From: Acidobacteriota bacterium
GTDB taxonomy: Bacteria; Acidobacteriota; UBA890; WLXD01
Direction of reading: 5' to 3'
Assembly (NCBI GenBank): GCA_965248695.1
Contig: CBDFKD010000002.1
Coordinates: forward strand, 5,120,001-5,184,000
DNA: 64,000 nucleotides
The notes under the pieces are model-generated. The model was not told the DNA's origin. It did not search any database and saw nothing but the letters and a program-made list of their open reading frames with translations. Shown in pieces: positions 1 to 10,005 of this stretch; the first letter of the stretch is position 1; each line of letters begins with the position of its first letter. A program made the translations under genes and the position numbers.

Positions 1-1269
1 CCCGACGACATCGACGCTGCCAATGCCTGGAATCCCACCGAGGTTCACGTTCGTGTGTATCCGGCCACGAGCTCGTTCTCGATGGGGATGGCACATCGCA
101 TGACCGCTGACTCCGAGCCGAAGCTGACGCGCGAGACCGGGTTCCACCCTCGAACTTCGGCGCTGACTCGTAAGTTCACCGACTACAGCGGCTACTGGCT
201 GGCGACCGAGTTCACCGAGCACGGCCCGGTCCAGGAGTACTACGCCTGCCGCGAGCGCGCCGTGGTGATGGATCTGTCGGCGCTGCGCAAGTTCGAGGTC
301 CTGGGTCCGGATGCCGAGGCGCTGATGCAGGCGACCCTGACACGTAACGTGCGTCGCGTCGCTGTTGGCCAGGTGTCGTATACCTCGATGTGCAACGAGA
401 CCGGTGGCCTGCTGGATGACGGTACGCTGTTCCGGCTAGGCGCGGACAACTTCCGCTGGATCGGAGGTAATGCTACGGATGGCCTCTGGTTGCGTGAGCA
501 GGCGGAGCAACGTCGGCTCAACGTACGGGTGAAGTCGTCGTCCGATCAGCTGCACAACATCGCGCTTCAGGGCCCGCGCAGCCGTGACATCCTGCGCGAT
601 GTCGTCTGGACATCTCCGACACAGCCCAGCATCGACGAGCTCAAATGGTTCCGCTTCACCATTGGACGCGTGGCGGCCGCTGACGGCACGCCGCTGCTGG
701 TATCGCGGACCGGCTACACGGGCGAGCTGGGGTACGAGATCTGGTGCCATCCGGAGGATGCGGTCGCAGTCTGGGATGCGATCTGGGAAGCCGGTGAGCA
801 GCACGAGCTCACCCCGCTTGGCCTGGACGCGCTCGATATCCTGCGTATCGAGTCGGGACTGATCTTCCCGGGCTACGAGTACGACGACCAGGTGGATCCG
901 TTCGAGGCGGGAATCGGATTTACCGTCGACCTCGACAACACAGACGACGATTTCGTCGGGCGCTCCGCCCTCGCCGAGCGCAAGGCCCATCCGCAGAGGC
1001 AGCTGGTGGGGCTGGAGCTCGACGGCAACGAAACGGGGGGGCACGGCGATGGTGTCTACGCCGGCCGCAGTCAGATCGGGGTGGTCACCAGCGGTACACG
1101 GTCACCCATCCTGAGGAAGAACATCGCCCTTTGCCGATTGGCCAAAGAACATGGCGCCATCGGCACGAAGTTGGAAGTCGGCAAGCTCGACGGGCATCAG
1201 AAGCGCATCGCAGCAACCGTCGTGAGGTTTCCGTTCTATGACCCTGAGAAAGAACGCCCTCGCAGTTGA
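1..1269 (+). CDS. tdm: 5'-partial aminomethyltransferase (GcvT domain), probably TMAO demethylase Tdm-like (DUF1989 + GCV_T)
   Basis: Frame open from base 1 (PDDIDAANAWNPTEVHVRVY, resembling the end of the Tdm DUF1989 region), then GcvT motifs DLSALRKFEVLGPDA, SRTGYTGELGYEI, LRIESGL, FPFYDPEK. Neighbours are methylamine genes. Confidence 0.75.
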   Translation, partial: PDDIDAANAWNPTEVHVRVYPATSSFSMGMAHRMTADSEPKLTRETGFHPRTSALTRKFTDYSGYWLATEFTEHGPVQEYYACRERAVVMDLSALRKFEVLGPDAEALMQATLTRNVRRVAVGQVSYTSMCNETGGLLDDGTLFRLGADNFRWIGGNATDGLWLREQAEQRRLNVRVKSSSDQLHNIALQGPRSRDILRDVVWTSPTQPSIDELKWFRFTIGRVAAADGTPLLVSRTGYTGELGYEIWCHPEDAVAVWDAIWEAGEQHELTPLGLDALDILRIESGLIFPGYEYDDQVDPFEAGIGFTVDLDNTDDDFVGRSALAERKAHPQRQLVGLELDGNETGGHGDGVYAGRSQIGVVTSGTRSPILRKNIALCRLAKEHGAIGTKLEVGKLDGHQKRIAATVVRFPFYDPEKERPRS

Positions 1270-1277
1270 GGAAATCG

Positions 1278-2618
1278 ATGAGCTCCGTTCCTGAAGCAAG
1301 CAAGTACGTCGTCATCGGTGCCGGCATCCATGGTCTGAGCACCGCCTACCACCTAGCGCTCGAGCTCGAGGCCCGAGGGCACGGGAGCGGCGCCGACATC
1401 ATCGTCATCGACAAGGAAGGCGTTGGTGCGGGTGCGTCCGGGATTGCTTGCGGCGTGATCCGCAACAACTATTTCCAGCCTGCCATGCGCGAGCTCATGG
1501 CGCACAGCGTCGAGGTGTGGGATAGCGACCCGGAGGCATACAGCTACCACCCGGTCGGCTACATGCAGATCAGCCCGGCAGCGATGGAGTCCGACGTCGG
1601 CCAGATCTATGAGCAGCAGAAGGCGATCGGCTACGAGTCAGAGTTCGTCGTCGGCGCGGCTGAAGCCGACAGGTATATGAAGGGGCTGTTCCACGACTGG
1701 AAGGCGGCCGGGATCACATCAGTATTGCACGAGAAGAAGGGCGGCTACGCCAACAACATGGCGTCGATGCGCGGCCTCGCCACCAAGGCCGAAGGGGCTG
1801 GCGTCACGATCCACGCCGGCGTGACGGTGACCGGGTTCCAGTACACGGATACCGGAATCAGCGCCGTGGAAACCGACCAGGGGACGATCCGCACCGACTA
1901 CGTCGTGGTGGGTGTGGGCCCCTGGGTGAAGCACATCTGGGAGATGCTCGACCTGCCGAAGACCATTACGGTGAACGACAACGGCACTCTGCACGAAGAC
2001 GTCCGGATGTGGCGCTACTGGTGTCTGCAAGAGGGCACGCTGGGGGTCGACCCGGAACTGCAACGGACGAACGCCGGCGAGATGCCTCCGGTTGTGCATC
2101 TGGATACCGACGCGCCGTTGTACTCGGATGCCGACGGGTCGCTGATCACCGAAGAGATGTGGGGTATCTACTACAAGCCCGACTTCTCGTTCGGCGGTGT
2201 GCAGGGAGGCGCCATGCCCTACAAGGTCGACAAGGACCCCGACGACGTGGCGGTCGATCCGTACGGACCGAAGTCGCCGGATTTCATCGTCGGCGAGGAC
2301 TTCGCCAACATGTGGTGCTCGGCGCTTGCCTTTTGCCAGGAGCGCTTTGTCGGCAAATCGGGACTGTTCCGTGGCGAGGAGCCCTCCGGCGGGATCGGCT
2401 CGTTCACCGCCGATAGCTTCCCGGTTTTCGACGTGTTCCGGGGGAACTGCTATTTCGTTGCCGACTCCAACCACGGCTACAAGATGCTCGGGGTGGGTAA
2501 GCTGGTGGCTGCCGAGATTGCCGGCGATCGGAGCGGGCTGCTGGAGCCGTTTCGCTTCTCGCGTTATGCCGAGGGAAAGCTGCATCCGGTGTCCAACAGC
2601 CCGTATCCCTGGAGCTAG
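1278..2618 (+). CDS. FAD-dependent oxidoreductase, sarcosine oxidase beta / N-methylglutamate dehydrogenase A-like
   Basis: VVIGAGIHGLSTAYHLA dinucleotide fold, GASGIACGVIRNNY, C-terminal SNHGYKMLGVG; ATG at 1278. Confidence 0.8.
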   Translation: MSSVPEASKYVVIGAGIHGLSTAYHLALELEARGHGSGADIIVIDKEGVGAGASGIACGVIRNNYFQPAMRELMAHSVEVWDSDPEAYSYHPVGYMQISPAAMESDVGQIYEQQKAIGYESEFVVGAAEADRYMKGLFHDWKAAGITSVLHEKKGGYANNMASMRGLATKAEGAGVTIHAGVTVTGFQYTDTGISAVETDQGTIRTDYVVVGVGPWVKHIWEMLDLPKTITVNDNGTLHEDVRMWRYWCLQEGTLGVDPELQRTNAGEMPPVVHLDTDAPLYSDADGSLITEEMWGIYYKPDFSFGGVQGGAMPYKVDKDPDDVAVDPYGPKSPDFIVGEDFANMWCSALAFCQERFVGKSGLFRGEEPSGGIGSFTADSFPVFDVFRGNCYFVADSNHGYKMLGVGKLVAAEIAGDRSGLLEPFRFSRYAEGKLHPVSNSPYPWS

Positions 2619-2713
2619 CGGCGGGAGCGGATTGCGCGGTATCGGAGCCAGTGCAGGGGCGGTGACGGCTTCGGCGAAGACAACGACCGTTTGACTCAGG
2701 CTATCGAGGAACC

Positions 2714-4105
2714 ATGGAAAACGAGCTCAGCGCGCTGACCGTCATCTTCACGGAGTTCTACTACTGGGTCTGCATCGTGCTCATGTTCCTCATCCACGTC
2801 GGCTTCTGCCTGTACGAGGTCGGCGTGTCGCGTCGCAAGAACATGATGCACACGCTGATGAAGAACGCGATGGTGATTCCGCTGATCACGGTGGCGTTCT
2901 TCTTTGTCGGCTGGTGGATCTACTTCGCCTTTCAGAATGGCCCCGGTATTGCCGGCGGGCTCATCCCGGCGCCGTTCGCGCTGCCGTGGAGCGAGCTCAT
3001 GGGCACCCACATGGGCGGCCAGCCGGCGCAGGCGGCGTTGACCGCCGGCGACACAGCGACCTGGGCGCGTCTGAACGGGGTGTTCTTTGGGGCGTTTCTG
3101 CTGTTTTCCTGGACCTGCGCCTCGATCCTGTCCGGGGCGGTCATCGAGCGCATTCGCTCGAGTGCCTTCTGGCTGTTCGCCATCATGCTGGGCTCGATCA
3201 CCTGGGTCATCGACGCCTCCTGGGGCTGGTCGGGCGAGGGCTGGATGGTGCGCCTGCTGGGCTACCACGACGCCTACGCATCGGGCGTGATCCACGCGAT
3301 CAGCGGCGGATCGGCACTCGCTGTTCTGTATCACCTGGGGCCGCGCATCGGTCGGTTCCGGTCTGACGGCTCGGCGCGAGCGTTCCCGCCACAGAACACC
3401 TGGCTGGTGATCATCGGCCTGTTCATGATCTACACCGGCTTCTGGGGCTTCTACGCTGCCTGCAATATCCCGATTATCGACATCGATCCGGACTCCGCCC
3501 GCACGTTCTTTGCGGCGACGACGATCTACCTCACGCCGACCACGCTGAGCGCCATCACCTTCAACTTCCTGCTGTCGCTCGCGGGCGGTCTCATGGCCGG
3601 CTACTACGTCTCCAAGGGCGATCCTTACTGGACATTCTCCGGTGGCCTCGCCGGCATCATCACTGCTTCCGCCGGCAACGACCTCTATCATCCGTTGCAG
3701 GCCATGTTGATCGGGGCTTTCGGGGTGGTGTGCCTGTACCGGTTGCACCACTGGGTGGAGAAGAAGTTCAAGATCGACGATGCGGTCGGCGCGGTGGCGG
3801 TACATGGTTACGCAGGTGTCCTCGGCGTGGTGATCGCCGGGTTCGTGCTCTGGGGTTATCCGAGCTCGCCGAACCCGGAGTTCGCCAGCATCACCCCCTG
3901 GGGCCAGATCGCCGGCGCCTTCATCATGTTCTTCGTGCTGGGGTTCGCGCCGTGCTTCGTGCTCGGGGCGGTGCTGAAGAAACTGGACATGCTACGTATC
4001 CCGCACGCCATCGAGCTCGCGGGTCTGGATCATCAGATGCTGGCTGACGAGACGGCGGCGTCCTTCGACCTGGTGGTCGAAGAGCTCCGCGTCGCCGGGA
4101 GTTGA
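2714..4105 (+). CDS. amt: ammonium/methylammonium transporter (Amt family)
   Basis: Multi-TM protein with GFCLYEVG..RRKN, SILSGAVIER, GPRIGRF, GGLAGIITAS, IDDAVGAVAVHG; RBS GAGGA. Confidence 0.92.
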   Translation: MENELSALTVIFTEFYYWVCIVLMFLIHVGFCLYEVGVSRRKNMMHTLMKNAMVIPLITVAFFFVGWWIYFAFQNGPGIAGGLIPAPFALPWSELMGTHMGGQPAQAALTAGDTATWARLNGVFFGAFLLFSWTCASILSGAVIERIRSSAFWLFAIMLGSITWVIDASWGWSGEGWMVRLLGYHDAYASGVIHAISGGSALAVLYHLGPRIGRFRSDGSARAFPPQNTWLVIIGLFMIYTGFWGFYAACNIPIIDIDPDSARTFFAATTIYLTPTTLSAITFNFLLSLAGGLMAGYYVSKGDPYWTFSGGLAGIITASAGNDLYHPLQAMLIGAFGVVCLYRLHHWVEKKFKIDDAVGAVAVHGYAGVLGVVIAGFVLWGYPSSPNPEFASITPWGQIAGAFIMFFVLGFAPCFVLGAVLKKLDMLRIPHAIELAGLDHQMLADETAASFDLVVEELRVAGS

Positions 4106-4109
4106 GACA

Positions 4110-4379
4110 ATGCAGACAGGACTGATCGAGAACTGGACCGGGAACCCGCTGGATATCGGTCCGATGTACCCGTTTGTTGGCATGGAGATGGCCCTTTTTG
4201 TGGTGTGCGCTGCGCTTGCCATCGTCTACACGGTCTGGCAGCTGAAGTTCGAGTCGCGCACTTACGACGAGGAAGCGGCCGCGCTGGCGGCACCGTCCGA
4301 TCTGCAGGACGCCATCGTTGCCGGCGCACCGCCGTGCTACGAGCACGATGAAGCGAGGGTGCTCGACGACGAGGGCTAG
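4110..4379 (+). CDS. small single-TM membrane protein directly downstream of amt
   Basis: 89 aa, starts 4 nt after amt stop; NPLDIGPMYPFVG followed by a hydrophobic helix. Confidence 0.65.
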   Translation: MQTGLIENWTGNPLDIGPMYPFVGMEMALFVVCAALAIVYTVWQLKFESRTYDEEAAALAAPSDLQDAIVAGAPPCYEHDEARVLDDEG

Positions 4380-4918
4380 CGGTCCTGCCGCCACGCCTTA
4401 CCCCAGACGGGGCTGAAGGCGAGCACCTTGATCTCGGGCGGTGGACAGGCGTTGAACAGGTGGTTGTGCCAGTAGGCCGCCTGATGGTTCGCGTCTACGT
4501 GTGGCAGCTCCTCGACAGCGCACGGTAGACCGTAGGCGCGGGCTCCCTGGGCGAAGGCCAGGGTGCACTCAGCGTGCTCGAGAACCTCCGATGCGATCGC
4601 CGAATCGCTGGCGAACTGCGCCGTCAGCATTCCCGAGAAGCGCTCCGGGTGGTTGTAGTACTCCGACGACAGCAGCTTGATGCCGCTGTCGTAGCGTTTC
4701 TTCGGGTCCGGCGTTTGACGGATGATGTGGCGAAACAAGCCGGTATGTTCCTCGGGCTCGATTTCGGTCAGCAGCACGGTGATCTCGCAAATCAGGCTGC
4801 CGTCGGGCCGTGCGACGCCGGGGCGCATCCCCGGGCTCGGGGCACCGCCGCGCAGCCGCACGACCTCCTTGCGGACCCGACACTGCCAGGCGACGAACTC
4901 TTCTTGCAGGCTTGTCAT
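4376..4918 (-). CDS. hypothetical protein (possible FMN-binding split-barrel-like fold)
   Basis: Protein-like segment from MTSLQEEFVAWQCRVR (ATG 4918) with YWHNHLFN; the longer ORF overlaps gmaS and is unlikely. Fold is a guess. Confidence 0.6.
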   Translation of the reverse strand: MTSLQEEFVAWQCRVRKEVVRLRGGAPSPGMRPGVARPDGSLICEITVLLTEIEPEEHTGLFRHIIRQTPDPKKRYDSGIKLLSSEYYNHPERFSGMLTAQFASDSAIASEVLEHAECTLAFAQGARAYGLPCAVEELPHVDANHQAAYWHNHLFNACPPPEIKVLAFSPVWGKAWRQDR

Positions 4919-5048
4919 TGCATTGACGGCTGCTGCTGCTCCAGGACGTTGATTAATGTCGACGACACGGTATTGTCGCTCAACGCCAGTGCGGTTGCGA
5001 TCGGGTGGAGGCCCGCTAGGTACCAAGAGACTTTGATCGGTGGAGACC

Positions 5049-6383
5049 ATGACAGGCAAAGACGCGGCAGGCTTCTTCGAGAAGAACGGGGTGAAGTTCG
5101 TCCTCGCGCAGTTCGTCGACATCCACGGCGTGGCTAAGACGAAGGCGGTTCCGGCAGCGCACTATGAGGACATTCTCAGCGACGGGGCCGGGTTCGCCGG
5201 CTTCGCCGTATGGGGCCTCGGGCAGGAGCCGCACGATCCGGATTTCATGGCGGTTGGTGATCCAGACACCCTGAGCCTGGTGCCGTGGCAAGAGGGCTAC
5301 GCGCGGGTCGTGTGCGTCGGCAACGTGAACGGCGCGCCGTGGCCGCTGGATACGCGTCACATCGCCGGGCAGCAACTGGCCCGCATGGCCGAGCGGGGTT
5401 GGACGTTCAACACCGGCATCGAGCCGGAGTTCATGCTCCTGCAGCGCGACGACAGCGGCTCCCTCTCGCCGGCCGATCCCACCGATCGACTCGACAAGCC
5501 CTGCTACGACTACAAGGGCCTGTCGCGCAGCCGGATCTTCATCGAGAAGCTCGTGGGCGCACTGATGTCGGTGGGTTTCGACGTCTACCAGATCGACCAC
5601 GAGGACGGCAACGGTCAGTTCGAGATCAACTACACCTACACCGACGCGATGACCTCTGCGGATCGGTACGTATTCTTCCGCATGGCCGCCGGCGAGATCG
5701 CCCGCGAGCTCGGCGTTATCTGCTCTTTCATGCCCAAGCCGGCTACGCGGCGCACCGGTAGCGGCACCCACTTCCACATGTCGATCGACGATGCCGATGG
5801 CACGCCGCTGTTCGGTGACGAGTCGGATGGGCGCGGCCTCGGACTGTCAAAGCTCGCCTACCATTTCCTGGCCGGCCTGTTGGAGCACGCCCCGGCGCTA
5901 GCGGCGCTCTGTGCGCCCTCGGTCAACTCCTACAAGCGCCTGGTTGTCGGCAACACTCGGTCGGGAGCGACCTGGGCGCCGGCCTACATCTCATACGGCG
6001 ACAACAATCGCTCCAGTATGGTGCGCGTACCGCACGGGCGGCTCGAGCTACGGCTTCCCGACGGTAGCTGCAACCCATATGTGGCGACCGCTGCCATCGT
6101 TGCCGCTGGGCTGGACGGAGTCGATCGCCAGCTCGATCCCGGCGAGCCGCAGAATATCAACCACTACACGACCCCGATCGACGAGCTCAAGAAGCTCGGG
6201 GTCGGCATCCTGCCGCAGAGCCTGGGCGCCGCACTGGACGCCCTGGAGGCCGACGCGATGTTTCGCGAGCAGCTAGGCGAGAGGTTCATCGCCGAGTTCC
6301 TCGAGGTCAAGGAGACGGAGTGGATCGAGTATCAGCGCCACGTCTCCGACTGGGAGGTGGATCGCTACCTCGAGTACTACTAG
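5049..6383 (+). CDS. gmaS: type III glutamine-synthetase-like protein, gamma-glutamylmethylamide synthetase
   Basis: [72 protein letters not shown]; methylamine-gene context. Confidence 0.8.
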   Translation: MTGKDAAGFFEKNGVKFVLAQFVDIHGVAKTKAVPAAHYEDILSDGAGFAGFAVWGLGQEPHDPDFMAVGDPDTLSLVPWQEGYARVVCVGNVNGAPWPLDTRHIAGQQLARMAERGWTFNTGIEPEFMLLQRDDSGSLSPADPTDRLDKPCYDYKGLSRSRIFIEKLVGALMSVGFDVYQIDHEDGNGQFEINYTYTDAMTSADRYVFFRMAAGEIARELGVICSFMPKPATRRTGSGTHFHMSIDDADGTPLFGDESDGRGLGLSKLAYHFLAGLLEHAPALAALCAPSVNSYKRLVVGNTRSGATWAPAYISYGDNNRSSMVRVPHGRLELRLPDGSCNPYVATAAIVAAGLDGVDRQLDPGEPQNINHYTTPIDELKKLGVGILPQSLGAALDALEADAMFREQLGERFIAEFLEVKETEWIEYQRHVSDWEVDRYLEYY

Positions 6384-6419
6384 TGGGTTGTAGAGCCTCC
6401 ACGACAGGGGGCTAGTCGA

Positions 6420-7682
6420 ATGGAGCTGACGCCTGCCGACCGACGACTGCTCGACGGCGGCGGTGGCGGCGGTGCTCAACTCGCCATGCAGCTCATCGTC
6501 CGGGTGGCGGAGGCGATTCGCGCTCCACGATTGATCGATATCTCCTGGGCCCACGTTGGCAGCGCCTACTACAACGGACAGGCCAACATCGACTTCGCCG
6601 AGAAGCTGATCCGGCTCGGTACTCGCGTCGCCATCCCGACGACGCTGACCACCTGCTCGCTGAACCTGCAACGGCTCGACGACTCCGACCCAGACGATCG
6701 CAACACCAGCCTGCACCTGATCGACCTGTACGAGAGCATGGGCTGCCGCCCGACCATGACGTGCGCTCCATACCACGTGCGAGCGGAGCCTGAGCTTGGC
6801 GAGCACGTTGCGTGGACCGAATCGAGCGCGGTGGTCTATGCCAACTCGATTCTGGGTGCGCGTACGAACGCCTATGTGGAGTTTCTCGACATGTGCGCGG
6901 CGATTACCGGCCGTGCACCGGATGCCGGCCTGCATCGCACCGAGAACCGCCGTGCCAGCGTCGTTGTGGAACTGCACGACCTGCCGTCGAGATGGCTCGA
7001 CGACGATCGCTTCTTCCACGTGCTCGGATTCCTGATCGGCCGCACCGTCGGGGATGACATTCCAGCGATCGTCGGCCTGCCCGACACCGCACGTACGGAG
7101 CAGCTGCGGGCGATCGGTTCCGCCGGGGCGGCATCCGGTGCGTTGAAGCTCTTCCACGCCGTCGGCATTACACCGGAAGGCGCAACGCTGGAAGAGGCCA
7201 GCCAGGGAGCTCCGCCGAGTCGCCGGATCCGCGTTGGCCCTGCCGATCTTCGTGCCGCTGCGGAGCAACTCGGCGCTGCCGGGGGCGACGACGTTGTCGG
7301 GGCGGTGTGCCTGGGGACGCCGCACTTCTCGCTCGCCGAGTTCGAGCAGCTCGTGCCGTTGATCCGGGGAGTGCGAGTCCACAAGGGCGTACGCTTCTAC
7401 GTATCGACCAGCGAACATGTGCTCAGCGAGGTCGAAGAACACGGCTGGCTCGCAACGCTGCATGCCGCCGGCGTGACCCCGGTCACGGGCCGATGCACCT
7501 ACTACGCGCCCTTGGTCGCCGGCTGCGACGGTCGTGTGGTGACCAACTCGGCCAAGTGGGCCTACTACGCGGCCGGGAGTCTGGGGTCTCGGCCCACGTT
7601 CGCGAGCTTGGAAGATTGCGTGCGCGCCGCCGCGAGCGGCCGCGTTCGTTCCGATGCGGAGTTCTGGTCCGATGGCAGCTGA
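6420..7682 (+). CDS. aconitase X catalytic subunit (DUF521)
   Basis: TMTCAPY, WTESSAVVYANSILGARTN, CLGTPHFS, RCTYY, VTNSAKWAYY. Confidence 0.88.
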   Translation: MELTPADRRLLDGGGGGGAQLAMQLIVRVAEAIRAPRLIDISWAHVGSAYYNGQANIDFAEKLIRLGTRVAIPTTLTTCSLNLQRLDDSDPDDRNTSLHLIDLYESMGCRPTMTCAPYHVRAEPELGEHVAWTESSAVVYANSILGARTNAYVEFLDMCAAITGRAPDAGLHRTENRRASVVVELHDLPSRWLDDDRFFHVLGFLIGRTVGDDIPAIVGLPDTARTEQLRAIGSAGAASGALKLFHAVGITPEGATLEEASQGAPPSRRIRVGPADLRAAAEQLGAAGGDDVVGAVCLGTPHFSLAEFEQLVPLIRGVRVHKGVRFYVSTSEHVLSEVEEHGWLATLHAAGVTPVTGRCTYYAPLVAGCDGRVVTNSAKWAYYAAGSLGSRPTFASLEDCVRAAASGRVRSDAEFWSDGS

Positions 7683-8100
7683 GGTGATACGGGCTACCGA
7701 GATCCTTCTCGACGGCGAGTGCCGCGGCGAGACGCTGGTCCTGGAAGAGCCCTTGAGCTTCTGGGGCGGCCTCGATCCGAAGTCCGGCCGCATCGTCGAT
7801 GAGCATCACCCGCAAACCGGCACCTGTATTGCCGGGCGAATTCTCGTCATGCCGGGCACGCGCGGTAGCACCAGTTCGCCAGGCGCGCTGGCCGACGCAC
7901 TCCAGCGCGGCAAGGGGCCGGCCGCGGTGCTCCTGCCGGCGGGGAACGTCACGATTCTGGTGGCGGCGATGATCGCTCGAGAGCTCTACGGCACGGAATT
8001 ACCGGTGCTGGTCGTCGATCGAGGCGACTATCTCGGTCTGCGAACCGGGCAGCTCCTGACGATTGCCAACGGCAGCATCATGGAGGTCGACGAGCTCTGA
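7672..8100 (+). CDS. aconitase X swivel subunit (DUF126)
   Basis: LSFWGGLDPKSGRIVDEHHP, GRILVMPGTRGSTS; overlaps upstream gene end. Confidence 0.88.
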   Translation: MAAEVIRATEILLDGECRGETLVLEEPLSFWGGLDPKSGRIVDEHHPQTGTCIAGRILVMPGTRGSTSSPGALADALQRGKGPAAVLLPAGNVTILVAAMIARELYGTELPVLVVDRGDYLGLRTGQLLTIANGSIMEVDEL

Positions 8101-8155
8101 CTACGGGTCGCAGCTCGATCCAGCAGATTGCCGAGGGAGTCTCCGCGGCGTCTGG

Positions 8156-9235
8156 CTATCGCTCGTAGATCTCGGTGTCGCGGTTGAACGCCGCCCACGC
8201 AAACCAGAACGCGTTGAAGGCTTCGGCTATACGGGGCAACCCACCGTTCTCAACCCGTCCGACGAGCTTCCCGCGGACGGGCACACCCTGGAGATTCCAC
8301 GTCGACCCGGTTTGACGATCCTTCAAGCGAAAGGGGAACCCGCCGGAACCGACGATGTCGAAGTCGAACTTCTTCCACTTCAGCTTCCCCTTCTTGTTGA
8401 GGATGCGCACCCGCCGGTCGAATGAGATTGCCAGCCGACGAGCGCCATCGACAACGAGCAGGACAGCGCGGCCGCCGACGTGATCGTTGATTGCGTCGCG
8501 AAGGGTCAGATCGTCGAGCGGATACGCTCGCGCGGTGCCCTTATGGGCGATGCCGTGTACCAGCATCTTGGGCGCGAGACGGTCATCGATGAAGCTGTGT
8601 GGAAAGAGGAGCCGGGTGCTCTCCACGGTGTCGTAGTCGCCGTACGGATACCGGCTGTAATCGCGGTTGTAACCGGTGTTGAAGGCGACCACCGTGCTGT
8701 CGGGATGCATCGCCTTCCAGGCGGCCCATGTCGTTTCGACCACCGGGTAGAGCGCCGGCCGGTGCGAGATGTACGCGCCACAGATGCCGCGAACCATCAT
8801 CTGTGACCACAGGCTCTCGGAAGCCCGGTCGTACATGACGAGGTTGTTGTCGAACAGCAGTCCCGATGTGCCAAAGGTCACACGCTCACCTTCGAGCACC
8901 GAGTCGTACACCAGGCCGCTGCCGGTCAGCGGACAGTAGGTGATCGTCATGGCGACGCCGCCGACCACGTCGTTGACGATCTCGTGCCACCACAGAATGC
9001 GCAGCGGATAGGCGCGCGCCTCTCCGTTCTGCACCACGCCAAGCACCATGTCAGCGGGTCCGAGACTCGTCTTGTCGGCCGATACCGTCAGCGGATCAGT
9101 CAGCGCAGGGATGGAATCGCGCGCCGCGCCGGCGATCAGATCGGCTTCGGAGATCAGGCATTGAGCCGCCGCTTCGACAGGCGCCAGCGCCACGGTTACC
9201 AGAGCGGCGATCCCTAGCGACAGCTGGGACTTCAC
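8156..9235 (-). CDS. secreted DUF3179 domain protein
   Basis: Signal peptide; DSIPAL, ARAYPLRILWWHEIVND, TYCPLTGSG, FGTSGLL, MYDRASESLWSQ, FWFAWAAF. Confidence 0.88.
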   Translation of the reverse strand: MKSQLSLGIAALVTVALAPVEAAAQCLISEADLIAGAARDSIPALTDPLTVSADKTSLGPADMVLGVVQNGEARAYPLRILWWHEIVNDVVGGVAMTITYCPLTGSGLVYDSVLEGERVTFGTSGLLFDNNLVMYDRASESLWSQMMVRGICGAYISHRPALYPVVETTWAAWKAMHPDSTVVAFNTGYNRDYSRYPYGDYDTVESTRLLFPHSFIDDRLAPKMLVHGIAHKGTARAYPLDDLTLRDAINDHVGGRAVLLVVDGARRLAISFDRRVRILNKKGKLKWKKFDFDIVGSGGFPFRLKDRQTGSTWNLQGVPVRGKLVGRVENGGLPRIAEAFNAFWFAWAAFNRDTEIYER

Positions 9236-9419
9236 GACGACTCTCCTTTGGCGACCGGGCCGGAGCGCCAGCCCGAAGCTCCCAAAGTTAGTGCGGGGCG
9301 CACAGCACCGCCAAGGTCCCGCACCACGATTCCTGTCAGCGTCGCTACACGCCGCTATCAGGCCCGAGACGGGCCAGGGCCTGATCAGACCGACCCCGGA
9401 TCATCCCGCGTTGAATGCC

Positions 9420-9545
9420 CATGTACCAGCGCATGAAGCCGCCAGGTCCGAACGCGGGGGCCTCATGGACCGAATAACGTCCAGCGCCGTAGGCTCCGGA
9501 CTTCACGCCGGCATGGTTGTTCTCGACGATCCAGATGTCTTCTAC
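9420..9545 (-). pseudogene. C-terminal remnant of a Rieske oxygenase alpha subunit, paralogous to 51110-54247
   Basis: Minus strand reads VEDIWIVENNHAGVKSGAYGAGRYSVHEAPAFGPGGFMRWYM, aligning with EDIWITDNNHDGVESGAYSGGRYGTREGGPSSFINWYM of the 52727 gene; no upstream coding region. Confidence 0.8.
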
Positions 9546-9651
9546 CTCGTCGTCTGACGGCCGGTACCGCGCCGCGGTTGCTCGCGTTTTCCGAAACGTT
9601 CAAACTCTTGGGTCCGCACCAGAAACGAACGTACCACGGGAGATTGTCACG

Positions 9652-10005
9652 ATGGACGGCGTCCTAGGGCAAGTGGTCGATTTCGAGCGCTACCCGCTCG
9701 ACGAACCTGACACCCCGGAGCTCCGTGCCCTGGTGACCGCATGCCGTACGAAGCTTGATGATCCGGCGCTCTATTTGCTGCCGGGCGAGGCTGACTCTGG
9801 GGGTGATTTCGGGTACGTTCCGTACGTCCGCGCCGGCACGTTGACGTTGTTTCGGGGGGATGAGTCGATCCACCAGGTCACCGAGATCGGAGCCGGATCG
9901 AAACGACGGATGATCGCGGTCTTCAGATACGACCAGGCGCCGAACATGGTCTTTCCGCAGCAGTACATCGAACAGGTGCGAAGCCTGGGGCAGGGGATTG
10001 CATGA
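9652..10005 (+). pseudogene. internally deleted 2OG-Fe(II) oxygenase-like gene (117 aa)
   Basis: N-terminal VVDFERYPLDEPD...ACRTKL joined to EADSGGDFGYVP and GTLTLFRG..IHQVT...RMIAVFRYD (distal His, 2OG-binding Arg); no HxD motif. Confidence 0.55.

Noticed and set aside
8156-9235. Possible selenoprotein (DUF3179 family includes Sec forms)
   Set aside because: Motif reads TYCPLT and the frame has no internal TGA.
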